Source: Priapulus caudatus (Eukaryota). From it: a DNA stretch of 62,827 bases. The position numbers were made by a program, and so were the translations under genes. The DNA is taken from positions 514,988 to 577,814 of the forward strand of contig NW_014577088.1 of NCBI RefSeq assembly GCF_000485595.1, written 5' to 3'. The notes below the pieces were generated by a model. It was not told where the DNA came from. It saw only the letters and a program-made list of their open reading frames with translations, and did no database searches. Below are positions 40,270 to 51,800 of this stretch, one piece after another (position 1 is the stretch's first letter; each line of letters begins with the position of its first letter).

Positions 40270-40578
40270 CTATTGCCATGAAGCCAATAAGCCGGTACAT
40301 GATAACCTTCTTCGCAGATCTTCAACGTCAGAGGAAGCATGTTTTCCTTGGGCCCCCTTGTACCAGGAACTCAGCGGACATGACAGATTTTCATTTAAAA
40401 TAAAACTCCATTCGCCTTTGAAGCATATTAAATCATGTAGGAGTGATGCTCCAATAAGACAAGATAATGTCTTAATATCCTCTAAGGTCCAGATGTAGAA
40501 AGATAGCTCAAAACGATTCACACCTCCGTTGAATGTTGTAAATTGGTAGTCAAGGTAGAGATGACTACTATCCTCCAT
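40270..40578 (-). CDS. Small viral ORF in its own transcription unit directly upstream of L (matrix-like or accessory; may be prematurely stopped)
   Basis: ATG 5 nt after the GTAAC of the TAGAAAAAAA-GTAAC junction; 102-aa ORF (MEDSSHLYLDYQFTTF...). The unit ends at TAAGAAAAA (40069-40077). No homology recognised. Confidence 0.6.
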   Translation of the reverse strand: MEDSSHLYLDYQFTTFNGGVNRFELSFYIWTLEDIKTLSCLIGASLLHDLICFKGEWSFILNENLSCPLSSWYKGAQGKHASSDVEDLRRRLSCTGLLASWQ

Positions 40579-40583
40579 GATTG

Positions 40584-40598
40584 GTTACTTTTTTTCTA
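40584..40598 (-). terminator. Viral gene-end / intergenic / gene-start junction
   Basis: TAGAAAAAAA-GT-AAC, followed by CAATC-ATG. Confidence 0.8.
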
Positions 40599-40771
40599 AA
40601 GGAGTTATCTTTCGTATCTAGTTGTTATCAATAGTTTATATCTTGAGTATCTTCTCTAATCTAAAGATACTAATAACCATAAAAAAGCTGCCTTTCTTAG
40701 ACGCACTCAATCGATGATGCCGTCCGTCACCACCCCGCTCGAGGCCACTCATGTGTTGCTGACCATGCATG

Positions 40772-40908
40772 TCAAAATGGAAGCTTAGGAGCTCTAAATT
40801 CAGTTTCATTAAGGCCAGAGGGACTTTCAAAGCTTAACCCCAACACTCCGGTCAGGACCCGGGTGGGCGCTGGGTTGATTGAAGCCAGTCTCAAGGGAGG
40901 CATGGGTA
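40772..40908 (-). pseudogene. C-terminal fragment of a further upstream viral gene
   Basis: Open frame PMPPLRLASINPAPTRVLTGVLGLSFESPSGLNETEFRAPKLPF* runs from the LTR junction, followed by an ~175-nt UTR and a gene-end signal. Confidence 0.45.
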
Positions 40909-42166
40909 CATAAGTTACTAACAATCTTATACGTTTCTATAACGCAACAGTTGTCACAAGCAATAATTAATACAGAATGCATTTAAGGATACTCTCAAGG
41001 TTTTAGGAAAAATTTTACCGATTTTTCATTTTCAACTTTATTCGATGGCTAACACTATGTGCCACCTGTGTACGTGCTCATTTCTCCATATAACGGTACA
41101 TGTGAACTGTCAGAGCGTTTTGCTTGCCCGCATACATGTGTAGTGAGTCGCGGCTGACGCCATTATGACGTCAGACACATGATACAACCAGCATTTTCAC
41201 GATATTCACTGAGCCAGTATCCGTCAACATCAGGACCCTATTATCTACTCCTGATCAACATCAACCCTGCTACAGCTGTACTACTACCCTGATCCAATAA
41301 GTATCCCACAAGAGCCTAAAATAGTTCTCACACCTCGCAACGCACCTTACATAAAGCGCGCGTTTGTTGACAGTGACGTCAGGCAATGGGCGGGTTCACG
41401 CCATTTGCATGGAATTGCGTTGGTCACCTCGTAATTTCTCAGAATTTCTCAAGGTGCATGGAACATTTTACCAATTTAGTGGCGTCAGTTAGTCATGGAT
41501 ATGTCGCAGTAAGTATTAACAGTAGATATTTCACATACGTTCACCCATTTTACACACAGGCGGTCACTCATTGTGAAAAATAGAAAAACGATGACTTCTC
41601 CGTTTCGATTTCTGACATAGTAGCCGATGTATAAATGGATATTTCTCTGTAATTACAACTCGGATTAATTAAATTTTACACTCGTTTTAATGGTAACATA
41701 TTGCTGTAAAGAAGTGCGTCAGGGATTGTTATTAAGTGCCGTATTTTATTAGTTATGCCTCTTTATTCACTAAAATTTTCAATTCTAACACACAACTTGA
41801 TTTTTAAACAGTTTTTTCCAGTTTTCTCGGTAAATATGAAAATTAAAGAAAAATCCAGACGCACTATTTTGGTCCATATTGTGCTTAACATGTGGCAAAA
41901 TTTTTGTATCCTCACTCTTTCTGGTAGTTGAGAAATATCCAAAATACCATTTTTACATAAAAATTCAAAATTTGTGTGGTAACATTAGGTGCTGGAAATT
42001 TCATGAAATTTTTTGGCTTGAGCATAGAGATATATCTCCTCTATAAATAAAACAAGTGATTGATTCGATTCATTCGCCAATAAACGTTTAATCTTCACTA
42101 GAGCAATACCCGTGTAAAAGGTGGAGAGTAACCTCAATCGCTTTGCTAGCACAATATGGCTGCGGA

Positions 42167-45100
42167 TCACCTCATACCAGCTCTGAGTTGCTGCAGGGCT
42201 AACATGGCATCTGCGCATGCTTTGACCAGTCCACACAACTGGGTGCTGTACTCAACACTATGACTACGAGCGAGTTCTATCGTTGCCCACTGCAGCTTGT
42301 CCTGCAGGGCCCCCCATGGCGAGGCCAGCCCTTCCGTTTCACATACTGTCACTTGCTTCGGTAATGCCGTGTCTGCATCACTTGGTAGAAAGACTCTTTG
42401 CATTGGTGGCGAGTTGAGAGTTGAGGAGGTGGGGAGAAGAGCAGTCGCCCCCAGGTCTGGGACGAGATGCACTTCCTGCTCCTTGATTACACTTGCAACA
42501 GCTTGCGGTTGCCCCTCTGCTTCTCTTACTTGGGTCCTAGCTGCCGTGTAGTTGAATGCTACAACATCAATATAGCAAGTCTTTATTCGAAATTGACAAC
42601 TCTCCACTGCTCCTACATCCATCATTCCACAAAATAATATGAATATACTTCGAAGTTGGATTTTTAATATGGCTAGCGACCTGCAGCCCCACCAAATGCT
42701 ACAGTATAACTACGTGAAAAAACATTACTTGGAAAATACTGCGGTCAAACCAAAAAATTGGCACGTGCTACAATTGAGACGTAAGGAATTAGGTTCAACA
42801 ATTCCATACAGCAATGCTCCGCCATACTATGAAGGTTAATGTTATGAACATTAGACCATAAGAATTGTGCAAATTATTATCACTAAACTTGCCTTTGCCA
42901 AGTTTTTTTTAAAAATAATGAGTGGGCTTTACTAAAGTGACCAACTCAATCGCTGTAAATAAATGTTGTCAAATCAAATATACCCCAGTGGCTGGAATCC
43001 AGCTAAATGAATGTGCAGGCATTCATACAGCATCAGCAGTGCAAACAGTTTCATCACATACACATAAAACATGCAATGCTTTCTCACCTGATCTTTCTTT
43101 AAAAATAATCCTAATGAAAAAACATGTACACTGATACAGCTAAGACACACCTCCACACATGACAGGGCATAGAGCTTTAATGTTGATGCCCATGCTTGGC
43201 TAACACACCTGGATTATCTTTGATATTTTCCTCATCAAGCTCACTGCATGTGATGCAATAGTCATTGTCTTTCTTGTCTCTTAGTAATATAGTCTGAAAA
43301 TACATCAGAAACCCATTTTAATATTTACACCTACATGCTCTATTGTTATTTTATTAATTGCCCTTACTCCTTGATCTTATCCAACAAGTAACAATATATG
43401 TAGCCTGGCACCAGGTGAATACTATGCATTTTTCAATGCCAAAGCTGATACAACCTTCCCACATGGATCCAAATAGCAGGTCATATAAATTTAAAGTCAA
43501 ATAATTCATCACAGTGTATCACTTTACAAATTACAGTCAGAATTATCAAGGTGTTCACACTTTGTCTTTGTTTCCTGTTACTTTCTTAGATAATACAATA
43601 AACGTTTTTAGTAACTTATAACATGGACACACCTTGTATAGAGAAGTTCATGCTCACAACCTACTCCATCCACAAACTATAGACAAAAATGGTTTTTAAC
43701 AATGAAGGCAACCCATAGGCATTTATAATAATTCCTGACCTTTTCCTTAATTTGCATCTCTTTCCTTTTAACCCCCGCCCCCAATTTCTGAAGTTATTGG
43801 GTTTCAATTGAGCATGCAGCAAATACTGTTTAATTAATGCAAGCAGTTTTTTTACATGGTCATTGCAGACTTGGCAAGATGTTCCTAGCATCTTGTAACC
43901 CTTCAGTAGGTACTCTGACATCAGCTTGCTGATCTTGGAACTGCGATCCTGTCGCGCACGAATCACTTTCATCTCAGCTTCGGTGGGCGGCTGCCAGTTG
44001 TCTTCACCTAACACAGAGCAATGCACATACATTCATTCAAGTTTGTTTATATATATATATAGATATAAACATATATATATATATATATATATATCAGATA
44101 CGAGCGCTGCAATTATTAGTGGCTAGAAGTTATTGCATTACTATTTCATAACAATTAAATTTATAACAACAATTGATAATCACTAATGACCACTTATTAG
44201 CATCCCTCTTAATTATATCACCAATATGTTCAATTTTATCAAATGTCTCGATTATTAAGTTGGATAACATTTTAGATATATGCTGTTGCAATGTACATAG
44301 TGGTGGTGGTGAAATGCTGCTCAAGTGCCAGTTCATCTCCAAAGCACTGGATCTTATAGCAACTCCCTTCGTAGAGGTATGTACATCAACGTGGCAGAGC
44401 AAAGTGTCCTACCATGTATGGCACAGCTAGCTACTGTATTGGTGACCTAATGATTATTATGGTTAATTATCTTAATTTGATCAGGGATTTTATAGCCTAA
44501 ATTGCTTTGTTTGCACTTGAATTACTCGTCATATCATATCAGTTCTCATGCATCAAATCTCACAAAAGACATCACACATTGTTTTAAAACAGCATCAATT
44601 CTCATTATCAATGATAGTGATCATAGGCACTTCGGCCAATCAATGATAAAATGTACACAAATTAACGCAAGCCTTAACGTTTATTTACACTCCACTACAT
44701 AATAGTTCCAGGTGAATGCCGTTCAAATGCAATCTTATAATGCAAAGAATCCATGTCAGCACTATTCAATTATTTTACCAATGAACATAATCATGTATAT
44801 GATGTCACTCTGATCCAAATCATCCTGGCTTGGCTTGGAGCAGAGTAGCAGGGCTCGTCTTGGAGCATGAAATAAGGTCGTAATTCAACAAGAATGCAAT
44901 GCACTGCCATTGCTCATGTATAAACTAAGATTGGTCCCATTTACATAACTGTTAAAAGACAGTTTTTGCCAGATTTTACGTGATTTCTCAAGGTTAATTA
45001 TTTTTTATTCAAGTTCAAGTGTGATCATTTGAACAAGTGATCGCTCGACTCTGCACAGATACCGAAATGGGTGTGTATTTAATGCTGTCACCGTGTGACA

Positions 45101-46400
45101 CGAAGGAAGTGATGTGCAAATTTGGCGTTTGCGCCTTCCTACCAACTGTATCTTTCGTAAGCTTCTGCACAACACCAGTCGTATACATATGATAACATTG
45201 TGTGTTGTAGATGAGCATTTGAACGGATTTACGTGGAATTGCTACGTGATAGAGAATATAAAGTAACCCATTGATATTAAATACAAATTGTGTTTATTTA
45301 CCATCATTTTATTATTGAAATGGCACAAGTACATATGATACTGATACACTGTGATAATATCAGTGACAAGGACAGTATCAGTCTAAGAATTGTATCTTTC
45401 ATATCATGACATAATTATATCAGTTCAATTTCAAGCTCTAGTCTCGATTATCTTGAGTGTTTACATTGATACGTATTACACGAACGTTCATACTCGCCCA
45501 CACACGCACGCACGCATGCACACATACGCACGCACACACACACACACATCCACACGTGCGTGGCGCACAGCCATCATGCATGGTGCTGCTGCCGGTGCAT
45601 AGTCCACAAACAGAGGAATTGCTCCGACCTGTGATTGGAGGATAAAAATAGAATTTTTAACCTCCAATCACAGGTCGGAGCAATTCCTCGATCTCTTTAG
45701 ACGCATGTCTGATGTCACAACTTGCGAATGAAGTAACTTAGGCTCATAGGGTCTATGTCCCCCAGGGTACTGCCGGAACTAACCCATGGCGTACGTCCGG
45801 ATATACCGAAAACTTACCCTGGTCACTATTTATATGTTAGCCTGTTAGGATGAGGTTAATGTACGGGTTAGCGCTCGGTTTCCTAAGGTTTAGGAGTAGG
45901 GTAGGGACCCTGACTCGTGAGCTGCGAGTAGGCGAGGTCAGTCCGGCCATATTAGAATAGCTACCAGTGGTACGGTTCGGTATACGGACCGTACCAGGGT
46001 TACGTACGTTCCGGCCATACAGCATGGGGACATAGTCACTAGACCCTCTCAGCGTAGGCCCGACCAGGCTGTGCGACCGGATTGTCTATACTATCCTATA
46101 GTACGGGTATCCTACGGTATCCTAACCTACCGATACGCTTTCTTGGAGCCTACTCTCAGCTAACTTAGGTAAATCTGATCTTAGTAAACATCAGCACCAA
46201 ACAACTCCAATTAACACTAGCGATTATTGAATTTATTAACATAAAATACCCCTACCGTTACTCAACAAGAGTTACCCCCCCCAAACTCAGTAAAGAGATA
46301 CTCAATAGTTTACTTCGACACATTCGCGCTTACATGCTTACCATCATTCATCCATGATTGATGCGATGATGCGCATCATGGGAATATTTCGGCTCGCCAT
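42167..46400 (-). CDS. ZNRD2: Zinc ribbon domain-containing protein 2 (Sjogren syndrome/scleroderma autoantigen 1 homolog)
   Basis: Exons 44007-43856 (WQPPTEAEMKVIRARQDRSSKISKLMSEYLLKGYKMLGTSCQVC), 43293-43209 (TILLRDKKDNDYCITCSELDEENIKDNP) and 42558-42167 (AFNYTAARTQVRE...LQDKLQWATIELARSHSVEYSTQLCGLVKACADAM). Exon 1 is tentative at ~46342-46400, in low-quality sequence. Confidence 0.88.
45748..46045. mobile_element. Degraded copy of the 23536-23788 MITE family
   Basis: Shared termini (GGGTCTATGTCC..GGGTACTGCCGGAAC) and internal layout. Confidence 0.7.
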
Positions 46401-46460
46401 CTAACGACTCTATAACATGACGCCAACTATTGTTTGCAAGCCTCTTCTTCGCGCTATCCC

Positions 46461-46499
<39 letters not shown>

Positions 46500-46763
46500 C
46501 TCGCTCTCTCCTCTCTCTCTCTTCTCCTCTCTCCTCTCTCTCTCTCTCTCTCTCTCCCCTCTCCTCCTCTCTCTCTCTCCTCTCTAAATTCCTTCCTGTC
46601 CTCACATCCCCCCCCATTCTAATATATCTAATATATGTCTCCAACTCCACTATAAATGCTATCGCGAGTAGATCATCTCAAAAGTAATTACACAGGAAAT
46701 ACTTTTGGGGTTACTAATATCTGCATTAACTATAACCAGCAAAAATTGATAGATTATTACCAC

Positions 46764-47805
46764 TCACCGGGCGCAACACTGGGGGAACTTTTATGTGGAC
46801 CTCCCTAACTCTGAACACCTTATTTTCGGGTGAGCCAAAAATGTCGATAAGGTTATTATCGTAAAACAATCCATATTACACAGTATAATTAAAATAAATA
46901 AAAACCCAGGTGTCAATGCAGCCAATCAATTGATGCAAATTCAGACCGATATCTAAATTAGAAACCTTCTTAATATCATTAAAATCGACAGTTTCACCTA
47001 GAATAGTAAGACAATCTCACGGGCCATGGGAACGGACCAAGACATTCACCACGCGCTTCGCAGCGAACTGTTCTATAATAGCTACGTAACTCCACACACG
47101 AACCGCCCACCTTCTCTAATCGCTGCTAGCTTCTTCAAGCAAGGGACACATATTCTGCGACTTCTCCCTTACTATTCCCTGTACAGTGCAAAAGCAGCAG
47201 AGAGCTTTCTGTCTGCGTCTGCTGAGAAACTTAATCTTTGAAGCTCAATGCCCAGCAAAGCCTCAACCACCTTCTTTATTTGCACTTCATCAATACATGA
47301 CAAATGCGAATCTATATTCAAGCAATTGCAAAATATTTGTGAAATTGACTCAAAGGAACGTCACATTGGCTTCTAAACACTGTCTCTTTCCGTGTCATAC
47401 AGCTTTTGCATTATGATTTCCTCCTTCATCTTGAATTCGATGCGTAACTGTGGTCACCATTAGCACAGTCTGTGTGTGCTTTGAGCTACTTAGCTAATCT
47501 AAGAATAAACATTTTGATTTGATCTATAAATGCATCCTAGTAATTTCATTATGACCATCATTGATTCATGCATATGAATGATTGAATATTTGATGAATTG
47601 ATTGAATGATGAATGATGATGAATGAATGATGAAGAATGAATTATTGAATGAGTGATGATTGCATGCAATAATGACATCACTAAGCCCACACTCTCCAAA
47701 TTAAGACCTACTGAAATACTGAGTAGTTCGCTTCCGCCGGCCAGACTCACGTCTAATTGGTCTCTGCTAACCCCCCCCCACTTCAACACGGGTTTCCGCC
47801 CTTGT
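46764..47805 (+). mobile_element. Indel-rich second copy of the same hAT element, with the same flanks
   Basis: Colinear with 54561-55626 including flanking sequence, with many 1-bp indels. Confidence 0.7.
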
Positions 47806-50800
47806 ACACTTATCGCGATACTAAGAAAAACTCGACTCATCTAAATTTTTCAAAAAATGATGGGAGTTTTTTGATGTAGCAACTCAAAACTGGCCTGTCT
47901 ACTACTAAGTCGCTAATAAAAAATTATGCAAACCACTAGATGACTATGCCAGTTACAACACGTCCATGTGGTTCGCATGTTAAGTTACCCGCTTCGCATC
48001 ACATTTGTATCTGTGATCGTTTAGATAGAGAGCGTGATATTATACGAAACTGATGTTAGACCGAATAATCAATTTTAGATTAATGGAGGCTACAACCGAG
48101 TAATAATAGATTAGATGATCGCACAAGTAAAAATGGGTTGTCAGCTTAAGTTAGTTGACCAGACCTTAGCCAGTAGAGTATACTAATATTATTTACGAAA
48201 TGATTTGGCAGACATGAAAGATACGAGATGTCACTTAATGATACGCAGTTTGAAGAACGAGCATGAGAGAGAGAGTAAACTATGAGAGGATAGAAAAGAT
48301 ATATATAGCACGGCACACCGTAGACCGTACGTTGATAATAGACCATTACACATCGTATGTGTAAAACACGGCGCTGTATTTGCCCATCATATAACGAGCA
48401 GTGAAAGAGACGCCGCGAGCGGGGCCGAGGCACGAAGCTACAGCACAAAATCTGCGCAAGTAAGAACCGATCACCACCGGATTGCCACCCCAGAACCCCC
48501 GATGATTGTTTTATTAGACATCACAGCCACTCTGGACTCTAGAGCATGGCGACGAGTCTGAGACCTCAGCGCAGCCGACCAGATCTGGAGAAACAATACT
48601 CAGCATAGACAAGCACCTCCCTCTTTTGAGCGATACAAAATCCCGCACCCGAACAAACCGAGACCGAATAGATAAGAGTGTGTCCGTTATCCTCACCATG
48701 TAGACGCTGCACCAATACTCAGCCGTTACAGTATATTAGAAGAGAAGACGCGAAGCGTGGCAGGCCCTGATGATTATATCTACAATGTGAAGAGCTATGA
48801 TTACCGATATGAAAGATCGAGAGAGAGAAAATAGGATGTAGTTTAGCAATATAGCAGAACGACGATTGAATAGTAATTACTCTAAAACGAGCGAACAAGT
48901 TTGCTTCAATATGATGAACTCAAAATAAAGTAGAAAGAAAAAGAAGTAGTATGACGAGCAAACTGGTTACGAATTGTAAGGTGAATAGACCCGAAGAATC
49001 AACATGAGACATGCGCAAAAATAGGCTTAGTTCACACACCACACCCTAGCACACTCGAAACCAGCCTCCCTACTCCCCACTTCGCCTCAACACCCATCAA
49101 TTCTGTACACATCACAGTATATTAGCTCGCCCCCGAGCAATCGCACCCGGTTCCTTGCTAATAAGGCTCTCCTCCCTGTCATAGCACGCTATCCTCCGCT
49201 CGAGTGATCCGCCCTATGATGCCATGGGCCCACGGGCCCTGTCGTCGCGAGTGAATCTTTCTGATCCAACTCGCGATACCGCTATCTGATATTTTATTGA
49301 CTCTAGACGCCTATCAGAACCTAAATGCACCTCGAGGTAGCTATCGAAGACTGCAACTCCAACGTCACATCCTCACCACACCTTCGCCTCTTATTAACAC
49401 CGAATTAGACCCCTATGTTGATTGACCCGATATACCGAGCCCCTATCCTGCTGCCAGCGCACTTCCAGCATACAAGTCCACTGCTCATCAAAAGAGACCC
49501 TACGTACGACCCGACCATCTTGCGCGATGCCTGACTGTATTAGCTTGTACTGAAATGTTGAATTTTTTTGGATTTTGATTGAGTATGGAGATCTCAGAGG
49601 CGCCCCATAGCCCCCCTGGACTAACGCGCATCACGCGGTAATTATAGCGTACCCCGCGGTAATTATCTCTTTGCTGGGTTTTCGGGTGGTAGTGGGGGGG
49701 CTGGGGGTGTTGGGCAGATCTCCGGCGGTGGGGGGTGTTGGGGGTGCGGTGTACTGAGCCTGTGGCATGGTGGGGGAACATTTTGTGGGGCGGGTGTCCG
49801 TTCTGGTGGGGAGGAGGGAAACATTTGCGGGTGCGCGTTTTCCTCAGTGGAGTAAGTATATATATCCCCTCGGCTGTCTCAGTTGGAAATTTCTTTGGTT
49901 GGGTGCGTTGTTTCTTTGTTTGTGTCTGTGCTGCTTGGGGGTGTGAGCACTTCTCGTTCTCTGACAATCACGTGCTCCTTTCTCTCTCGATCGACTCCTG
50001 ACACTGGAGGTTGTTACTACAATTTCAAGAGACTTTTTTTAGCGTAAACATGATTCCATTAGAGCGCGATCCTGATAACAATTAACTTGATTATGTACAT
50101 ACATGTAACGTCAAATCACATAACAATGTGAGATTATGAGATGTAAACTATGAATTTAGTGCATCGATGAAGTGGTATGTTGAGTATATGAATGCATCTG
50201 TACGCCGACTTTCGGTATAGAGAGAGATATTTCTTCCCGCAGAAACGCTATACCATTTCTGAATGATTTAATACAAGCAGCGAGTACTACAAATGATTAG
50301 AATTAAGAGTACTTCTAATATCCCTCTACTAGATATCTTTAATACAGTCGAGAGATAAGAGAACAGATATGATCAATAGATTCAGTCGAAGGTATTTTAC
50401 ATGAGAAAGCAACATTACGTAACAGCCTACTGTAGATACCTTTTGATATATTAGTAAAAGCCTACTTCACAACAGAACCTCGTATTATTAAGGAAGATAC
50501 AGGAAGGTATTGACGAGAAATACGAAGTGCTGAGGACAAATACGCGCCGTTGAAACGGATCTCTAGTTCACACGATCTTTTATCTCCGCTCTCTGTCTAT
50601 CAAGAAATACCCGTATTGCCGATCTGCGGCACGCCTGCGTTTAAACACAAGCGAACAATGCGAAATAAACAACTGCAATGCGCACCAACTGCCGAATAAC
50701 AATACTAGGACTGCTCGCCTCGACAGTGCCAACTCGGCTTACACTGAACGTCGATCGCAGACAGCTCTTATAAAATACGCGGCTTCAGAATCGTATAGCT

Positions 50801-51174
50801 TTCACACTAGAAATGTGCGTCAGAGATCCGTATTCTCAAAGACGGCAAATATCGGTCTGGAAGCGGTATTTACATCAAATACCGGATCTGTTTAACTACC
50901 GTTATTCTTGCGACCGCGCCATTTTGCCCTCGTCTCCGTGAACGCTAAATACCGCTTTCTTGCTACTGTGAACGCGGCCTATAGCGTTACAAGACGCCAG
51001 TTCGTATACAATCGAAATTCCATTCTAAAACAATAAAAAAAATAACATATAGGAATACTTTGTACGATCCGCCATCTCGTGTGATAATTTCGCACAGGTC
51101 GTGGTAGTGACATTGTGTCGAAGACTTCTACACATCCACGACACGGTTCACAAATCTCTGAGAAGATATGTGAT

Positions 51175-51180
51175 CCCCCC

Positions 51181-51212
<32 letters not shown>

Positions 51213-51397
51213 CTCTCTCTTCTTTCTCTTCTCTTCTCTCTTCCATCTCAGTCTCTGCCTCTCTATCTCTCTCTCCTCTCTCATTCTCTCTCCCTCTCTC
51301 TCTCTGCTCTCCTCCCTCTCCCCTCTCACTCTCTCTCTCCTCTCTTCTCTTCTCCCTCTCGCTCTCTTCTCCTCTCTCTCTCCTCTCTCCATTCTCT

Positions 51398-51435
<38 letters not shown>

Positions 51436-51440
51436 TCCTC

Positions 51441-51482
<42 letters not shown>

Positions 51483-51487
51483 GTTCT

Positions 51488-51520
<33 letters not shown>

Positions 51521-51628
51521 CTCTCTCTCTCTTCTCACCGCGCCGCTCTCCTCTCTCTTGCTCCTCCTCTCTCTCTCTCCTCTCTCCTCTCTCCTCTTTC
51601 TCTATCCCTCCACTCTCTCTCTCTCTTT

Positions 51629-51674
<46 letters not shown>

Positions 51675-51714
51675 TCTCTCCTCTCCACTCTATCTCTTTT
51701 CTTCCAACCTCTGG

Positions 51715-51753
<39 letters not shown>

Positions 51754-51800
51754 CTCTCTCTCTCTCTTTCCTCCTCTTCCCGCTTCTCGATCTCTCTCTC
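51175..51800. repeat. Long degenerate (CT)n tract
   Basis: Visible polypyrimidine dinucleotide repeat. Confidence 0.95.

Larger units (their letters stand above)
33599..40908 (-). other. Endogenous viral element: 3' part of a Mononegavirales antigenome (partial gene, small gene, L gene, trailer-like end)
   Basis: Contiguous L-protein homology plus repeated gene-end/gene-start signals at 40584-40598, 40064-40077 and 33616-33624. Confidence 0.9.
30912..40949. mobile_element. Composite LTR-retrotransposon / negative-strand RNA virus insertion
   Basis: Starts TGTT (30912) and ends AACA (40949), flanked by the 4-bp direct repeat GTTG (30908-30911, 40950-40953). The right end 40909-40949 matches the LTR end 31276-31316 at 40/41 nt. 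It encloses Gypsy gag-pol and viral genes. Confidence 0.85.

Noticed and set aside
40893..40908. AAGGGAGG as the polypurine tract of a normal 3' LTR
   Set aside because: It is short, is not followed by the LTR start (TGTTAG), and lies in an open minus-strand frame; only the last 41 bp of the LTR are present.
40938..40949. Resemblance of TAACGCAACA to bornavirus genome termini
   Set aside because: The same sequence ends the 5' LTR just before a PBS, so it is better explained as the LTR end.
40983..42030. Possible non-autonomous DNA transposon right of the chimera
   Set aside because: It looks repeat-like, but I could not establish matching TIRs or a TSD.
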